Shown here: in pieces, positions 25,359-39,349 of the stretch
Position numbering within the stretch: position 1 is the first letter of the stretch
How the letters are laid out: the number at the start of each line of letters is the position of its first letter
DNA from: Eledone cirrhosa
Lineage: Eukaryota
DNA: 64,000 bases
Direction of reading: 5' to 3'
Assembly: GCA_964016885.1 (NCBI GenBank)
Contig: OZ024740.1
Coordinates: 229,214,001 to 229,278,000 of the forward strand
Translations under genes and position numbers: made by a program
The notes under the pieces: generated by a model
What the model was told of the DNA's origin: nothing
Database searches by the model: none
The model's input: the letters and a program-made list of their open reading frames with translations, nothing else

Positions 25359-26796
25359 ATGCCTCAAGAACTCACCAAAGACATTGAAAGTCGAACGGTC
25401 ATTTTCCGCACCATCAACAATATTTCTAAAAAACCTGAACAGCCAACTCAAACAGAAATCAAAACAGTACTTACAGAAGTACTTAATGAAACCACTTTCA
25501 TAAGAAAAGACAGACTGTATGGAAGCCTAGCGATTATTATGAAGAACGAATCGGCGGCAAAAAAATGTGCTTTGTCACCGATTCGTTCAAAATTTTTTAC
25601 CTTTTATCCATCTTATATGGGTAAAAGAACTCAACGCATATGGCTGGATGCAATGATGCCAGATGTGGACTACTGCAGGCTCATAGCTGGCTTCATCGAT
25701 CCAGCGAATGACAACGTGATTTCCATTGGGAAAACCACAGGCAATGCGTTCAGTGGAACAGGTATAGAACTTGTAGTGCAAATGAAGCCTGAACGCATCG
25801 CCCAAATACCCGACAGAATCCTATTAGCGTGGAGGGGAGAAGGCCGTCCTGTCATATCTGTGCAGGCAGAGGGCACCTGAAGGCGGCTTGTCCCCAACTC
25901 AACAAAAAGAAAACCCTGCTACCAACACCAGCTCCACCACCACCACCACAACAGATAAACAAGCAACAAAGCTCAGTCCCACCCAACCCGTCCCTCAGTA
26001 AAACTACACCACCACCACAACACAAACAGTCACAACACATTACCCCAAAACAAAATACAGGCCCACCCAACCCCTCACTCAATAAAACAACACAACCACC
26101 GCAGCCACAACACACAACACAGTCTAACATAGTGACATCCATCTCTCCCACAAAGAAAACCAACACGGAAACATTACCAGCAAACATACCTCTTCCCTCC
26201 AACACTGAAGATAACCCAACGAATTCGGAGGAAGAACGGAGTCCTTCAGACAGATTAAAAGGAAAAAAAGAAAACATGTGCAAAACACACAAGGCCAAAC
26301 AACCCCCACCCAAATGTCAACACAATCCAACAAAACACAAAACACCCCTCCAGCAACAAACAAAACCAAACCTGCCCCTCCCCTCTTCGAAACACTCACA
26401 CCATCCGAAAAAAAGACATTACACTATACTTACATCAACAGAAACAATAATAAATTAAATGAACTCATAAACAATAATCCTTCGGTACAAACCGAAGGTG
26501 TAAACTTTGTTTCTTCAGAAAACTACCCACATTTAAAATTAATAAAGATCCCAATGAACCTCTACCAAAAACTAAAAAAGGATTTTAAGGAGGACGTAGG
26601 ACCACCCTCTGTCAAACCCATAAACCGCGTTCTACTAAAAAGCTTTCCCCCTCCCCTTCCCCTCCCCAACACAACTCCAAACACCCCAACCCCACCACAC
26701 ATTGACGACCCAACACCACCACAAGACACCCCTTCACCCAACACCCCCGACCCCATGGAAGTCGTGCGACCCGAACCCCGGGAAGCAGAAAGGTAG
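25359..26796 (+). pseudogene. LINE ORF1 (gag-like), frameshifted
   Basis: CHICAGRGHLKAAC (CX2CX4HX4C) followed by a Pro/Thr-rich region; split over three frames. Confidence 0.8.
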
Positions 26797-26829
26797 GTCT
26801 CTACACTCTCCTTTGGCTTTGCCGCCCAC

Positions 26830-29800
26830 ATGGATGTGTTAAGAGTAGGATGTTTGAATGCACGTGGCCTGGGCTCAACTTGGATGCAAGCAAAGCTTCT
26901 AGACCTCAGGTCATGTGGTATAAATGTAATGGTTATCTGTGAGACTCGGATCAGCGTCGTGCGGCAGCTGGCCCCTACCTTCGATGACTTTGAGGTGCAT
27001 GCATCTCTCTGTCAACCTGGAGGTGGGGTGGGGTTGTCGTACTGCTGCAAAAACACCTGGGTCTTGCCGTACAGGTTGTTCACTCGGACCCGGAGGGTCG
27101 TTTGTTGGTGCTAGACGTTGGCAGTAGTGAAGGTGCGGCCTTGAGACTGGTCGCCGTCTACTCCCCTTTCGGAGCTGAACGGCCCGACTTCTTCCAGCGT
27201 TTGGAGACTTTTCTGGGAACGTCGCGTTCCCTGCTTCTAGCGGGGGATTGGAATGACATCCTAGATGCACGTTGGGACTATGCAGGAGCATGTCCTAATA
27301 GAGGGGAGTGTAACAGCCTCAAGGGGTTACTCGACCGTTTTAACTTGGTCGATAGATATCGACTAGATTTTCCAACTGTGCCTACCTGGACTTGGACGAA
27401 CCACAGTGGTCAATCTAGATCGTACTTAGATAGATTCTTAGTTAGAAGTAAGGATAGGGACATATTAAGCTGTCCAGAAATGCGCACGGTTGGCTATACG
27501 GATCACAAATTAGAAATTACAAATTAGAAATCACAAATTAGAAATTAGAAAACACATAAACAGGGTCCCGGTTACCGGAAACTTAATTTGTCTTTACCGG
27601 CAAAAGAGACTTACAGAAACCGGATTAGCAGATTAGTTAAGGAGAGGTTGACGGGTGCAATCGTCAACAACCGATGGTGGGCATCTCTCAAAAGAGAGAT
27701 TAGAACCTGAATCAATAAGTTATAGCAAGATGTTAGCTGCCGATAGGAATAGAAACGAGAAAGAATTAACAGGTAAATTAGAAGAGGCAATCAAGAGCGA
27801 AGATGTGGCCAGAGTGCTGGCATCGAGGACGGCCTTGAACCAGTTTTTCGATGCAAAGCACGAAGGCTGCGTCATTCGAAGTAAAATACGTGCTCTAGGT
27901 AATGAGGGGGGCAAATCCGTTGGCTGGGCCCGCGTGACAGAAGCTAAGAGTGGAAATCGATCCACCATCCGGTCTTTGCAAGATGAGGATGGACGGGTGA
28001 TCCGGGAGCCTAAGCAGATGTGCGAGGCCTTTCAAAGGCACTTTGCCCGATTATTCGGGGGAGGCGAGGGTCCAGGCGGTGACGTGGATTTCGGTCCATA
28101 CCTCGACGGCCTGCCGCGTCTCTCGAGCGAAGAGGCAGAGTTCTGCGAGGGACCAATCTCGGCTGATGATATCGGAGATGCGCTGAGCCAATGCAGCAGA
28201 CGCAAATCTCCAGGTCTCGGTGGTATACCTTACGAACTTTATTTAGCAATGCCGGTCTTCTTCTCCGAACTCCTCGAAGCGGTCTACTGCAATTGGCAGC
28301 AGAACGGGAGAATTTCTTGTTCTGTAGCCAAGGGCGTAGTCTCGCTGGTGAGGAAGGACGAGAACAAGGGGGATAGTATAAATAATTTTCGGCCCATAAC
28401 CCTTCTAAACACAGAGTTAAAGATTTTGGCCAAGGTGTTAGCAAAGAGGTTGGCGCTTGTCGTGGGTAGCCTGGTGGGAGATGCGCAGACATGTGCTATC
28501 CCATCCATGTCCATTCACGATAACCTCCACCTCATGCGATACATCATAGAGAGGGTTGGCAACAAACCCGGCTTCGGTGGGGCCCTGATCAACTTGGATC
28601 AGTCTAAGGCCTTCGATAGGGTCGACCATGGTTACCTGGATGCGGTGCTAGCGGCGGCTGGGTTCGGTCCTGTTTTCAGAGGCTGGATCACTGCCTTACA
28701 TAGCAACCACATCTGCTCTAGGATCAAGGTGAACGGCTACCTTTCGAAGCCGTTCGAAATCACACGATCCATTCGACAGGGGTGCCCTCTCTCCTCCCTT
28801 CTGTACGTATTGACTCTCGAGCCTTTACTGAGGAAGTTGGAGTTGTTGCAGGGTATCCCCCTAGAACCAGGATTGAGCAAAGCGGTGTCGGCCTACGCTG
28901 ATGACGTAACAGTAATGGTATCGACCGACTCGGAGATCGAGGCGATCCGTACCTTACTGGAGGATTACGAAAGGTTGTCAGGAGCGAAACTGAACCGGGA
29001 AAAATCCATCGGGCTGCAACTCGGAACGTGGAGAGGCAGACCGATGCCTCCCGACGGTGTCGTCGGACACTGGACGGAGGGCCCGGTAAAGTTGCTTGGG
29101 CCGGACCTCCAGGTGGAAAAGAACTGGGACGAGGTTACGAACAAGGTGTTTGCACTAACCCAGAAATGGGCCAAGTGTAAGCTGTCCCTAAAAGGCCGGG
29201 CGGAGGTGGCGAACATTTACATAGCGTCCGTCACTTACTACCGCCTGACTGTCGTGCCTTGCCCTAAGGAAACACTCACCACCATGGAACGCATGCTCTT
29301 CTAATTTCTTTGGAAGAAGTGCCCTCCTATGGTGAGAAGATCCATCTGCTGCCAACAACCTTCGAAAGGAGGGCTGGGGATGCCGTGGTTGATGGTGCGT
29401 AGGCACGCATTAAGGCTACGGCACCTACAGGTATTCCTCACTGGTCAACCGGTGTGGGCTCCGTTCGTAAAACGAGCCTTTCCGAGACTCGTCTCGCTCA
29501 CCGAGCTGCAGTCCTGGGTCAAGCAAAGATCCGGAAAACTGGGAGACTGGCACACTGAGTGTGCTCAGGCGCTCAGGGCTCTCTGGCAAGCGGGCCAGGC
29601 CATCGGTGGAGAATCCACCTCATCATTCTATAGAGGGCTGGTGGCTAGCAGGGGCGATGACACCCTTGGAGAGTCGCTGGACATGGAAGAGGACGAACTG
29701 GCCAACCTGTTCGGTAGGACTTTCGGCCCGGGACCAATGGACAACTTCCAGAAGTCACTAGCCTGGCAGTGCTACCGGGGGGCTCTACCCGTTCGAGAGA

Positions 29801-30263
29801 GGCTCTACAGACACGGGCGCCCGGGCAGGGATCCCTCAAAAAAGATTTGACCTAGATGCGTGCGTCACGAAGAAACCGTTGCGCACGCATTGGTGCAATG
29901 TCCTGGCGTGGCTGATCTGTGGGGCTACGCCGAACGACTGCTGTCGCGGGTGGCGCCGATTCGATTGACCGCCGAGTCCGTGATGACAATCAAACCGCCT
30001 CCCTCTTCACAAAGGAAGCAAAGGCGGTTTTTCTGTGCGTAATAGCCATGTTGAAAGAGGTTGTTTGGTGGACACGATTGAAAGGTCTGAGGTCAGGCAA
30101 CTTCCTCTCTGGCCATAGTCTGGTCTACTTCTTCCGATATCACTTCGGAAGAAGGATAAGAATGGAGAGAGAGGTACTTGGCCACAGCCAGTTTTATGAA
30201 AGGTGGGTGATAGTGGCGAGAATGGCTCGTGTAAATGGGCCTTCTCTGTATACCATCCTGTAG
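26830..30263 (+). pseudogene. LINE ORF2 (APE endonuclease, reverse transcriptase, C-terminal zinc finger), disrupted
   Basis: LNARGL, ICET, GDWN, SYLDRF, TDH (APE); FRPITLLN, LDQSKAFDRV, RQGCPLS, YADD (RT); EETVAHALVQC. Several frameshifts and a stop at 29302. Confidence 0.92.
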
Positions 30264-31143
30264 GTAAAGAAGTGGAGGAGAGGGGAGCACCTTCTCCATG
30301 TGCTCCCCGGGCAAAGGATTGCACACTTTTTCGGGGGTGTGTGCAACCCCCAGCACGTCCCCTCCCTTTTGAGGTTGTTTTCGATTATTTTCATTTTATA
30401 CCCTTTTTACTCGATTGTATGTAAACTCCCCCTTTGTATTTGTCCCTTCTTTTTATGCCTTTATGGTAAATAAAGAAATATATCTACATTGAGCGACTAT
30501 ATCCCCCTCACCCCAAATAAAATAAGTAATGGTTTCTGCTTTAGGCACAAGGCCAACAATTTTAGAGAATGGGAAAGTCGATTAAATCGATCCAAGTGCA
30601 TTACTGGTACTTTATTTTATCGAACCCGTAAGGATGAAAGGCGAAGCGAACTTCGGTGGGATTAGAACTCAGAACGTAAAGGCACGTAACTATATGTCGC
30701 AAGGCATGTTGCATGACGCTCTACAGATTCTGCGAATCCCCCGCCCTCTATATATTACTAAAAGTCTGTGGTTGCCTGCTTGCTTGTCTGTAATGTAATA
30801 CAGCCAAAAGGGCACATAATGGGAAAATACTTTGAAAGAAAGTTTTCCCTGAAATGGGAATACAAATGGAATGAAACAAATTTCGCGTAAATTGGAGCAC
30901 GGATTCCCGAGATATGGGGTTTTCTGGGTACCTTCATAAATAGAGAGAGAGAGAGAAAGAGATAGTGTTTGTGAGAGTGTAAATTGAGAGAGACATAGAG
31001 AGAGGAGACAGAGAAGGATAATGGAAGAGGGAGAGAGAGAGCTGGTGGTGTTGCTGTGTGCATATATATATGTGTGAGTGTGTGTGTGTGTATATATATG
31101 TCTGTGTGTGTCTATGACCAGTGTATATAGATCACAGACACCC

Positions 31144-31177
<34 letters not shown>

Positions 31178-31207
31178 GCACAACATACATATATATATAG
31201 AGATAGA

Positions 31208-32020
31208 ATAGAAATGGCTGTGTAGTTGCTATTTAAGGTAACTTAAAATGCGGTGGGAATACAAAGAAAGCAAGAACGGGGGCGAGGGGGTTCCTCATCA
31301 GTTGTCTACTGGGGTTCTCGGATATTTTAACACTTTAAAGACAATATATCTCGACCCAGGGTGTCAATAACTGGATAAGTTATTGGGAAAAAGGGGGAGG
31401 GAGGGAAAGCAAAAGGGAAGAAAGAGAAAACAGTAAAAAAAACAGCGAAAAAAACAACAACAAACCGAGCAATATGCGAATAACTTAAGGTAAGGAAATC
31501 CAAGACCACTCGATAAGAGAACTTAAGTTCAAGACTGAGTGGTCGAGAGGAGAAAGACACACGTCTGATCGTTGCAGTTGTAAGTGAAAAGAGAACTGCT
31601 AAACGGTCAGGCGAGGGGGTGAAAGTGAGAGGGAGAAAGGGAGAGGAAGAAAGTGGGATAAGAGTAGATAGGGAGAAAGGGAGTGGGGGAAAGAGGGGTG
31701 AGAGTAGAAAGTAGCGAAATAGGTAGGTAGAAGGGGAGAGAAGAATGGTCAAAGCGAAAGCATGATGAAATATAAGGAGAATAGAAATGGCTGTGTAGTT
31801 GGTATTTAAGGTAACTTAAAATACGGTGGGAATACGAAGAAAGCAAGAACGGGGAGGGGGGGGACGGTCCCTCATCAGTTGTCTACTGGGGGTCTCGGAT
31901 ATTTCTACGCTTTAAAGACAATATATCTCGCCCCAGGGCGTCAATAATTGGATAAGTTATTGGCAAAACGGAGAAGGGAGGGAAGGAAAGCAAAAGGGAA
32001 GAAAAGAGAAAACAGTAAAA
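31208..32020 (-). mobile_element. Repeat family B: ~240-bp diverged direct repeats (pLTR-like), each with a rearranged hammerhead-like motif
   Basis: ~31208-31440 is repeated at ~31780-32020. Minus-strand CTGATGA at 31295-31301 and 31872-31878. Confidence 0.65.
31867..31936 (-). ncRNA. Candidate non-circularly permuted hammerhead (family B)
   Basis: ctgggg-cg-agataT-A-ttgtct-ttaaagcgta-GAAA-tatcc-gagac-ccccag-t-agacaa-CTGATGA-gggac. Stems I and III pair; stem II is essentially absent. Confidence 0.5.
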
Positions 32021-32138
32021 AACCAAACTCCCTTTCTCCCTATCTACTCTTACTAAGATTTCACAGCTCTAGCTTCAATCCTCCATGCTCAGCCTATGAA
32101 CTTTTCAGCCTACCCTCGAATACATACAAACACAAACA

Positions 32139-32203
<65 letters not shown>

Positions 32204-32234
32204 ACACACATACTCCCCTATATATATATATATA

Positions 32235-32388
32235 TAGGAACAAGTATGACCCCGACGGCAGAGCTCAAGCCGTTTCGACGGCTTGAGCTCTGCCGTCGGG
32301 GGCATACTTGTTCCTATTACCCACTCTACTACCCTAAGTGCTTTGCTGCCTTATGGTCCATCTGGTTCCTTACCACATTTCCTTCGTT
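32235..32388 (+). mobile_element. Fold-back family C copy with deleted apex
   Basis: Arms meet at gccgtttcgacggc; flanked by (TA)n. Confidence 0.7.
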
Positions 32389-32849
32389 GTATATATATAT
32401 ACACGAGTTCAATAGGCTGACCAAGATACTCTCATGGAATGAGGTTTCAGCCGGCCCTCATACATGTCGCAATGAGCCGAGTTTGTTGTATATTTTATAT
32501 CCAAACAATAATTTGTTAAAATCACAAAATTTCATAAAAAAAACAATAATAAATACATGGAAACAAAAATATTTTGATTATTTTGATTAGTAATAATTGA
32601 TTAAAAACAAATTGGATTCTTTAGCTTCAGCAGTTTCTGATATACTAGAGCAGACAATCAATGAAGCATTCGATATAGGAGATCGATAAAATCAATGAAG
32701 CATAGAAACGTGAGAAAAATGGTAGTAACTAATCTAATGTTTCGGTGAATGAATATAATTTTGGTTGATTGAATGAGGCACATGAGGAAAGAAGAGATAA
32801 GGAAAGAGAAGAAATATTATTAGAATGAAAGAAGTGAATACGCTGGGAG

Positions 32850-33045
32850 AATAGAAGAGAGAAATAAAGAAAGAGAGAGAGAAAGAGAGAAAGAAAGAGA
32901 GAAAGAAAGAGAGAGAGAAAGAGAGAAAGAAAAAGAGAGAAAGAGAGAAAGAAAGAGAGAAAGAAAGAAAGAAAGAAAGGGAGAAAGAAAGAGAGAAATA
33001 AATAAATAAATAAAGAAAGAGAGAAAGATAGAAAGACGGAAAGAG

Positions 33046-33079
<34 letters not shown>

Positions 33080-33144
33080 TAAGAAAGAAAGAAAGAAAGA
33101 AAAATGGAAAGAGAGAAAGTAAAAAAGAAAGAAAGAAAAACGGA

Positions 33145-33200
<56 letters not shown>

Positions 33201-33280
33201 AAAGAAAGAAAGACGGAAAGAAAAAAGACAGAAAAACATAAAGAAAGAAACAAACAAAGAAAGAGTAATCGAAAAAAGGA
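32850..33280. repeat. (GAAA)n/(GA)n purine tract
   Basis: Directly visible. Confidence 0.9.
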
Positions 33281-33900
33281 AGGTAGAAGGAGTATATACT
33301 GTGATAAGGTGTTGTAGGGAGGAGTCACATGTTGGAAGTTTCTACCTTTTGTTATCTGCTAAACTAATATTTCCATTCAACATCTTTCCACGCCTCACGT
33401 TTTGGTCGAGAACAACAATTCATCTTCCGCTTGGGCACAACTACACTTTTAGGTATTAATAACCAAACTAGCTTTCTTTTAACACTACATCTACTCACCA
33501 CTCATTACCATACACGTACTGATAATTGTCCACGCATACATTTCACACACACACAGACAAGCACATATATGCACACACTTCATTCCTTATTTCTGCACTC
33601 ACATAGAAACCTACAAAAAAAACAACAACAAAAAGAAACAAAAAAAAAAACAATTGATATCCCGCTTGGGTGTAACTGTTCTTTTTGGTATCAACGACCG
33701 ACTAGCTTTATTCTAACACTACCCCTACCAACCACTCACCAACACCATACACCATACACATACTGATAATTTCCCACTCATTTCTCATACATATGCATCC
33801 ATATATTTGCACACACTTCATTCCTTATTTCTGTACATGCATTGAAACCTAGACACACACACTGACTATAGCTTCTCAAACTTCAACACACACTTCACGC

Positions 33901-33970
<70 letters not shown>

Positions 33971-34940
33971 TCTCTTAAACTTTCAAACGTCCACATGCAA
34001 ACATGTCACACACACATATATATATACATGCACACTCACATACACACACATATACACACACATATACACATATGCATACACTCGCATATTGTCTCGGCAG
34101 TCACTCGTAATCAAGTACGACATTACGTTAGATTTTTCTTTCAAATTATTTTAATTACATAATGAAGGAACTCCACCAATAATACTTTGGTCTTTCATGA
34201 GACTGTAGATCAAAAGCATTAACTAAATCACCAGCAAATATTTAAAAAATATAGTTGACTTGCTGAATTACCCGGCCTCGTTCGGGTTACTGCTGTTCTT
34301 ATTCAGATTAGTAAACAATAAATATAAAGATATGTTATTTTTTTTCTCTTAATTATTTCAAAATATCTCTATTTTATTTTTAAAATATCAAAATCGTAAT
34401 GATAATAGAATTTAAAAATGAAAATATGTCAAACTTGAAGCGCCTTAGGGTAAACAATATTCATTGTGTCATTTTTTTGTTGGTGTCCAAACGATTAAAT
34501 TGTTGCTACACACTCACACACATAGACTCTCACATACATATATTAAGACAGCCACACACAGGCATACATTCACGCAGACATACGCATAGCTTTTCACCTC
34601 ATTTTTTTAACAGTCGCCACATGTATATGTTTGTGTAGATGTGTGTGTGTATTTAATTACGTACCTAATGAACGTGCGCACACACACTCACAGATACATA
34701 CATATTCATATACAAAATGTGACGTCGTTGTGTTGTTTTCTAGTGTTTTAATCCAAATGAAAATTAAAATTATCACACATACACACACATACACTCTCAC
34801 ATACACTCACACACACTCTCGCGTACACTCACATACATATACTAAGACAGACACACACAGACATACATTCACGCACACCTGTCTGTCATCACATATGTAT
34901 CTGTATGTGTAGACGTGTGTGTGTGTTTAATTGTCTATAT

Positions 34941-37778
34941 CAGGGGTCGGCACCCCGGCCCGCGGACCACATCCGGCCCTCGAGTGATTTTTGTCCGGCC
35001 CACCATCTTACACTGGACACTAATTATCTAATTAGTATCGAATACAGATATAGTAGTTCACTTCAAGGTTGTACCGACCTGATGCCCATCACAAATCGCT
35101 GCTCATAACGTATATATTTACACATACCTTTAAACCTTATTATATTTTCCATTTATTATTATTTCCTCTTATCCATCTTTTTCTGGGCATTCCGCCAAGC
35201 ATTATATCACCTGTATTATTATTTCCTGTGATTTCATGTATGTGTTTTTTTTCCAGTCAACAAATCCAAATGTTGGCTGGAAGAATGCCTTTTCGTTAGC
35301 GACTGGAAGGTATACTACCTTACGGTTCGCATGACTCGCTTTTATACCCATATTGTCATTCAATAAAATTACTCGTGAATTATTGTCGTCTTCGTTTGCC
35401 TGACCTTACCTGTGCCCCCCCTCCCGGCACAAGGTAAAGCTGTCCTTGGAAAAATTACTTCGTTCCCTCCTCCCCAGAGTATTTTCATTTGAGTTTGTTG
35501 TCTGGTGGTATAACAACTATACAGTAGGTATCTTTATTCGATAATAACGTTTATTTAATTATTTGTGATAAATTGTGTGAATTATTATTATTAGAATTAG
35601 GCCAAAAGTGGTTTAAAAAAACAAATGGCAACCCTGATCTAACAACGTCGTTAGAAACCTGATTTTATATAATTTATTCGCAATTATCCTATTTTATCGC
35701 ATTACTGTATTTGCATTTACATTTGTTTTCATTGTTTCTTATTTCTTCATTCTGATTATTATACTTTTTGTTCTTTTTCCTTTCCATAAATCTTTTTTGT
35801 TTGAACAGAAACAAGCTAAGAAAAGAAAAGTGGATTTGGAGTGCCGAACTTTTAACCATGGCTGGACACTTAGCTATTTTTTCATTGACCACTTCGGAAA
35901 CAATTGCTGTGAAGAAAGTTTCAAATATTAAACGGCACTATAAACTCGTCATAATCATTACAACAGTTTTACTGGAAAAGCACGAGTAAACGAAGTTGCA
36001 CGGCTGAGAAATAATGTAACAAAGCAATCATCCTTTTTCACTAGAAAAGTTGAAGAAAGTGACCGAAACACTCGTGCTAGCTACGAGGTGTCAAAACTAA
36101 TTGCAGAAAGGATGAAACCTTTTACTGATGGAGATTTCTTCAAAGAATTATTGTTGAAGGTAGCAGATGTTGTTTGTCCAGAAAAAAGGGAATTATTTTC
36201 TGCGATCAGCTTATCGGCAAGAACAGTAACAAGGCGAATTGAAGAGCTGGCAGCAAATGTCAGAAGTGGCTTGGAGGGCATTTTAAATAATCTGGAGTAT
36301 TATTCAATTGCTATCGATGAAACCACAGATATGAAGGATACTTGTCAACTTGCAGTGTTTGTGAAGGGTGTAACACCAACATTTTATATTGTGGAAGAAT
36401 TTGTAGAATTGGTTCCTATGAAGGACACTAGCACTGGAGCAGATATTTTGGAAAGCATAATAAAATGGATTACCGAAATGAATCTGGATTTATCAAAGCT
36501 TTCTGGAGTAATCACAGATAGAGCAGCAGCAATGGTTGGAGAGAAAAAGGGGTTTGTTGCATTGCTCCAAAACCACATCGGTATTGATCAAAAACTAATC
36601 AAACTTCATGCATTATGTGAAAAGTCATTGAATTTTAAGGACATCATGGCAGTGGTCGTGACAACAGTGAATTTTATACTGTCAAGAGGACTAAATCCCC
36701 GCCAGTTTCAAGAATTTCTGAAACAAATTGAAGCAGAGTATGGCGACCTTGCATATTTTTCAAATGTTCGATGGCTTAGCCGCGGGAAAATGATAGAACG
36801 AGTATATGCATTGAGAGAAGAGATTTCTATGTTTTTAGAGAGCAAAGACCAAGATAATTCTTACTTTCAGGATCCACAGTGGGTTGATAAGTTAGCTTTT
36901 TTAGTGGACATCACGACCCACATGAACACTTTGAATTTTGAGCTTCAAGGAAAGAACAAAGTTGTATTTGAGATGTTTGGTCAAATTACTGCTTTTGAGA
37001 GAAAACTTCGACTGTGGGAATCACAACTTCAAAAAGGAAACTACTCTCATTTCCCAAGTCTCCAAAATCACAAGAGAGATATAATACCGGACATCTTTGT
37101 GAGCTCTATTAAGGATTTGAGAAGCGAGTTTTCCTCTCGTTTTGCTGACTTCCGGCAATATGGAACTCTATTTAAGTTATTTGGTACTCCTTACGAAACA
37201 GATGTGGAGCAAGTGGCAGAAGAATATCAGTTGGAGTTAATTGACTTACAGTGCGACGAATCTTTGAAATCGAAATTTCAGTTCGAATCCACTGCTGACT
37301 TCTACAAGCGGAAAATATAACAACATCTTGACTAATGTGAAACTGATGATATCATTATTTGGAAGTACATATACTTGTGAACAACTTTTTTTCCAAAATG
37401 AAATATACTAAAAGTCATTTAAGAACAAGGTTGCGTGACGACCACCTGGATGATGTTTTGCTCCTGTCATCGACAAATATTTCACCTGATGTGGAGAAGT
37501 TATCGCACAAACAAGTGTCTCATTAAATCATTTACCATTTCTAACTGTATTTCGTTTGTAGCAAGGAATTTGCTTTTTTTTTTGTTGATTTTGATAGTAG
37601 TTGTTTTTCTGTTATTCCTGCAGTAAAATAAGGGGCCTTGTTAAAATAAAATTATATTAAATTCCTTGTTTTGCTTTAAACCTCCAGAAAATTCCTTTAC
37701 ATATTTAATAACATGGCCCTCCTCCATGACACTGCATAGCTGTTTGGCCCTCTCTCTCCAAAAGGTTGCCGACCCCTG
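34941..37778 (+). mobile_element. Complete hAT DNA transposon, Buster/Charlie type
   Basis: TIRs caggggtcggca/tgccgacccctg; 8-bp TSD gtcTAtat at 34933-34940 and 37779-37786; internal transposase. Confidence 0.95.
36088..37525 (+). pseudogene. hAT transposase (GTF2IRD2/ZBED5-like), disrupted
   Basis: KPFTDGDF, LSARTVTRRI, SIAIDETTD, ITDRAAAM and VRWLSRGK in the 410-aa ORF. The C-terminal FGSTYTCEQLF segment is out of frame after 37320 and the N-terminus is decayed. Confidence 0.9.
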
Positions 37779-38859
37779 GTCTATATGTATGTGTAGATGT
37801 GTGTGTGTGTTTAATTCTCTAAGGCCTAACGTATGTAATGAACTCGCAAACACACACACACTCACACACACATACACACTCATATACAATGTAATGTCAT
37901 CGTGGTGGTGGTGGTGATGGTGGTGGTGATTTACTATAGTTCACAATAGAAAGGTTATTTTAGATACAATATTATATTGTTTTAATCCAAATGAAAATAA
38001 AAATTACATGTTGACACTCCTGGGGTCTAATACCTTGTAAAATTTGATTTGATTTGGTCAAGCCGTTTGAGAATGCATAGGAACAGACAGACAGAGAGAC
38101 AAAGAATTTTATATAGAGAGAGATAGTGCCAGTGAGATAGATCTTCTTCTGGTTCTTTTGCTCATTCGTTCTCGTTGTTCGGACCAGTTTGATTCTACAA
38201 CTTTTACTCCTTCCTCCATTTTTTGCAGTCTGTCGCTATCTTCTCTCATGTTATCGTAATCAGGCCACCTGCTTCCCTGGGGTGACATATGATGACAGTA
38301 ATCAGAAGAAGGGAGGTAGGTGTAAAAGCCAAACTCGCTGTCTTCAATTCGATATTCGTGCCAATCCTTACTTATGGTCATGAATCTTGGGTAATGACCG
38401 AAATAATACGATCGAAAATACGAGCGGTCGAAATTGGGTTCCTCCGAAAGGTCTTTGGAATAATAGCTGACTTTTGGACATTCTTTTCAACTGCTTCCAC
38501 ATTTCAGCTCACTATAGAGTACGGCTCCAGAATATTACTGTACTCCACACGAATTACATGTCCAATCCAGCGAGGTTTCCATTTCAACATGATGGATTCA
38601 GCATTAGGCATATTTACACGCTGCAGGGCTACATGGTTTGAGATGTGGTCTCACCAGGAAATATTCACTCTGGTTCACAGATGGCGCAACTGGCAGCTTT
38701 TTTAATGTGTCCCTGATAGAGTACGTCTCAACAGAATACAACAGGTAGGATAGCACTGCTGCTCAACAGACTTTGCATTTTGTTGACAGTTTTATTTCAG
38801 GTTGTTTCCTCAGGCGATCGTTGAGCTTTCCGAAAGTGAACTAGATGTTTCTATAGTCC

Positions 38860-39095
38860 TCATCATTACATCTTTATTTTCGACAATTTCATTTGATTGC
38901 ACATCGAATATTAACGGTATTTCATCCGTATTTCCTGTTTGCTTTTTTCATAATATGTGACGCTAATCACATATTTGTAAAACTCAAGGATTTTTCTTCT
39001 TCATAGTCATCAGGCATCTTGAGTGCAATCCCGGTTTCCACTCTCATGCTTCGACTGTACTGTTTCTTGAAACAGTAACATCAATAGCTGGAGGA
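38860..39095 (-). mobile_element. Decayed pogo-like (Tc1/mariner) transposase fragment
   Basis: Minus strand gives IALKMPDDYE and QTGNTDEIPLIFDVQSN, resembling the GNMDETPLxFD motif. Confidence 0.55.
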
Positions 39096-39349
39096 AGGAA
39101 AAGCCTGACCAATTAAAACTAAAGTAGTTATCCCCGCGATAGATTACAGTTACAATTACAACCACTGCATGTTTCAGTCAACAAATCAATCAAATGTTTT
39201 ATGCGGGAAGAGTGGAATAAATACTTTCGGTCCCAAATAATAGTGGGATTTCTAGTAATGTATATTTTTTGTCATGTATAACGTTTTTTAACGTTAAAGA
39301 AAATTGATTAAAATTTAGCTGGAGATAGTTTAGCAAAATATTATCGCGG

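Larger units (their letters stand above)
24445..30480 (+). mobile_element. Full-length, decayed Tx1/L1-clade non-LTR retrotransposon
   Basis: 22-bp TSD tatctacattgagcgactatat at 24423-24444 and 30481-30502; 3x24-bp repeat at the 5' end; ORF1 zinc knuckle; ORF2 APE-RT-zinc finger; 3' AATAAA. Confidence 0.92.
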
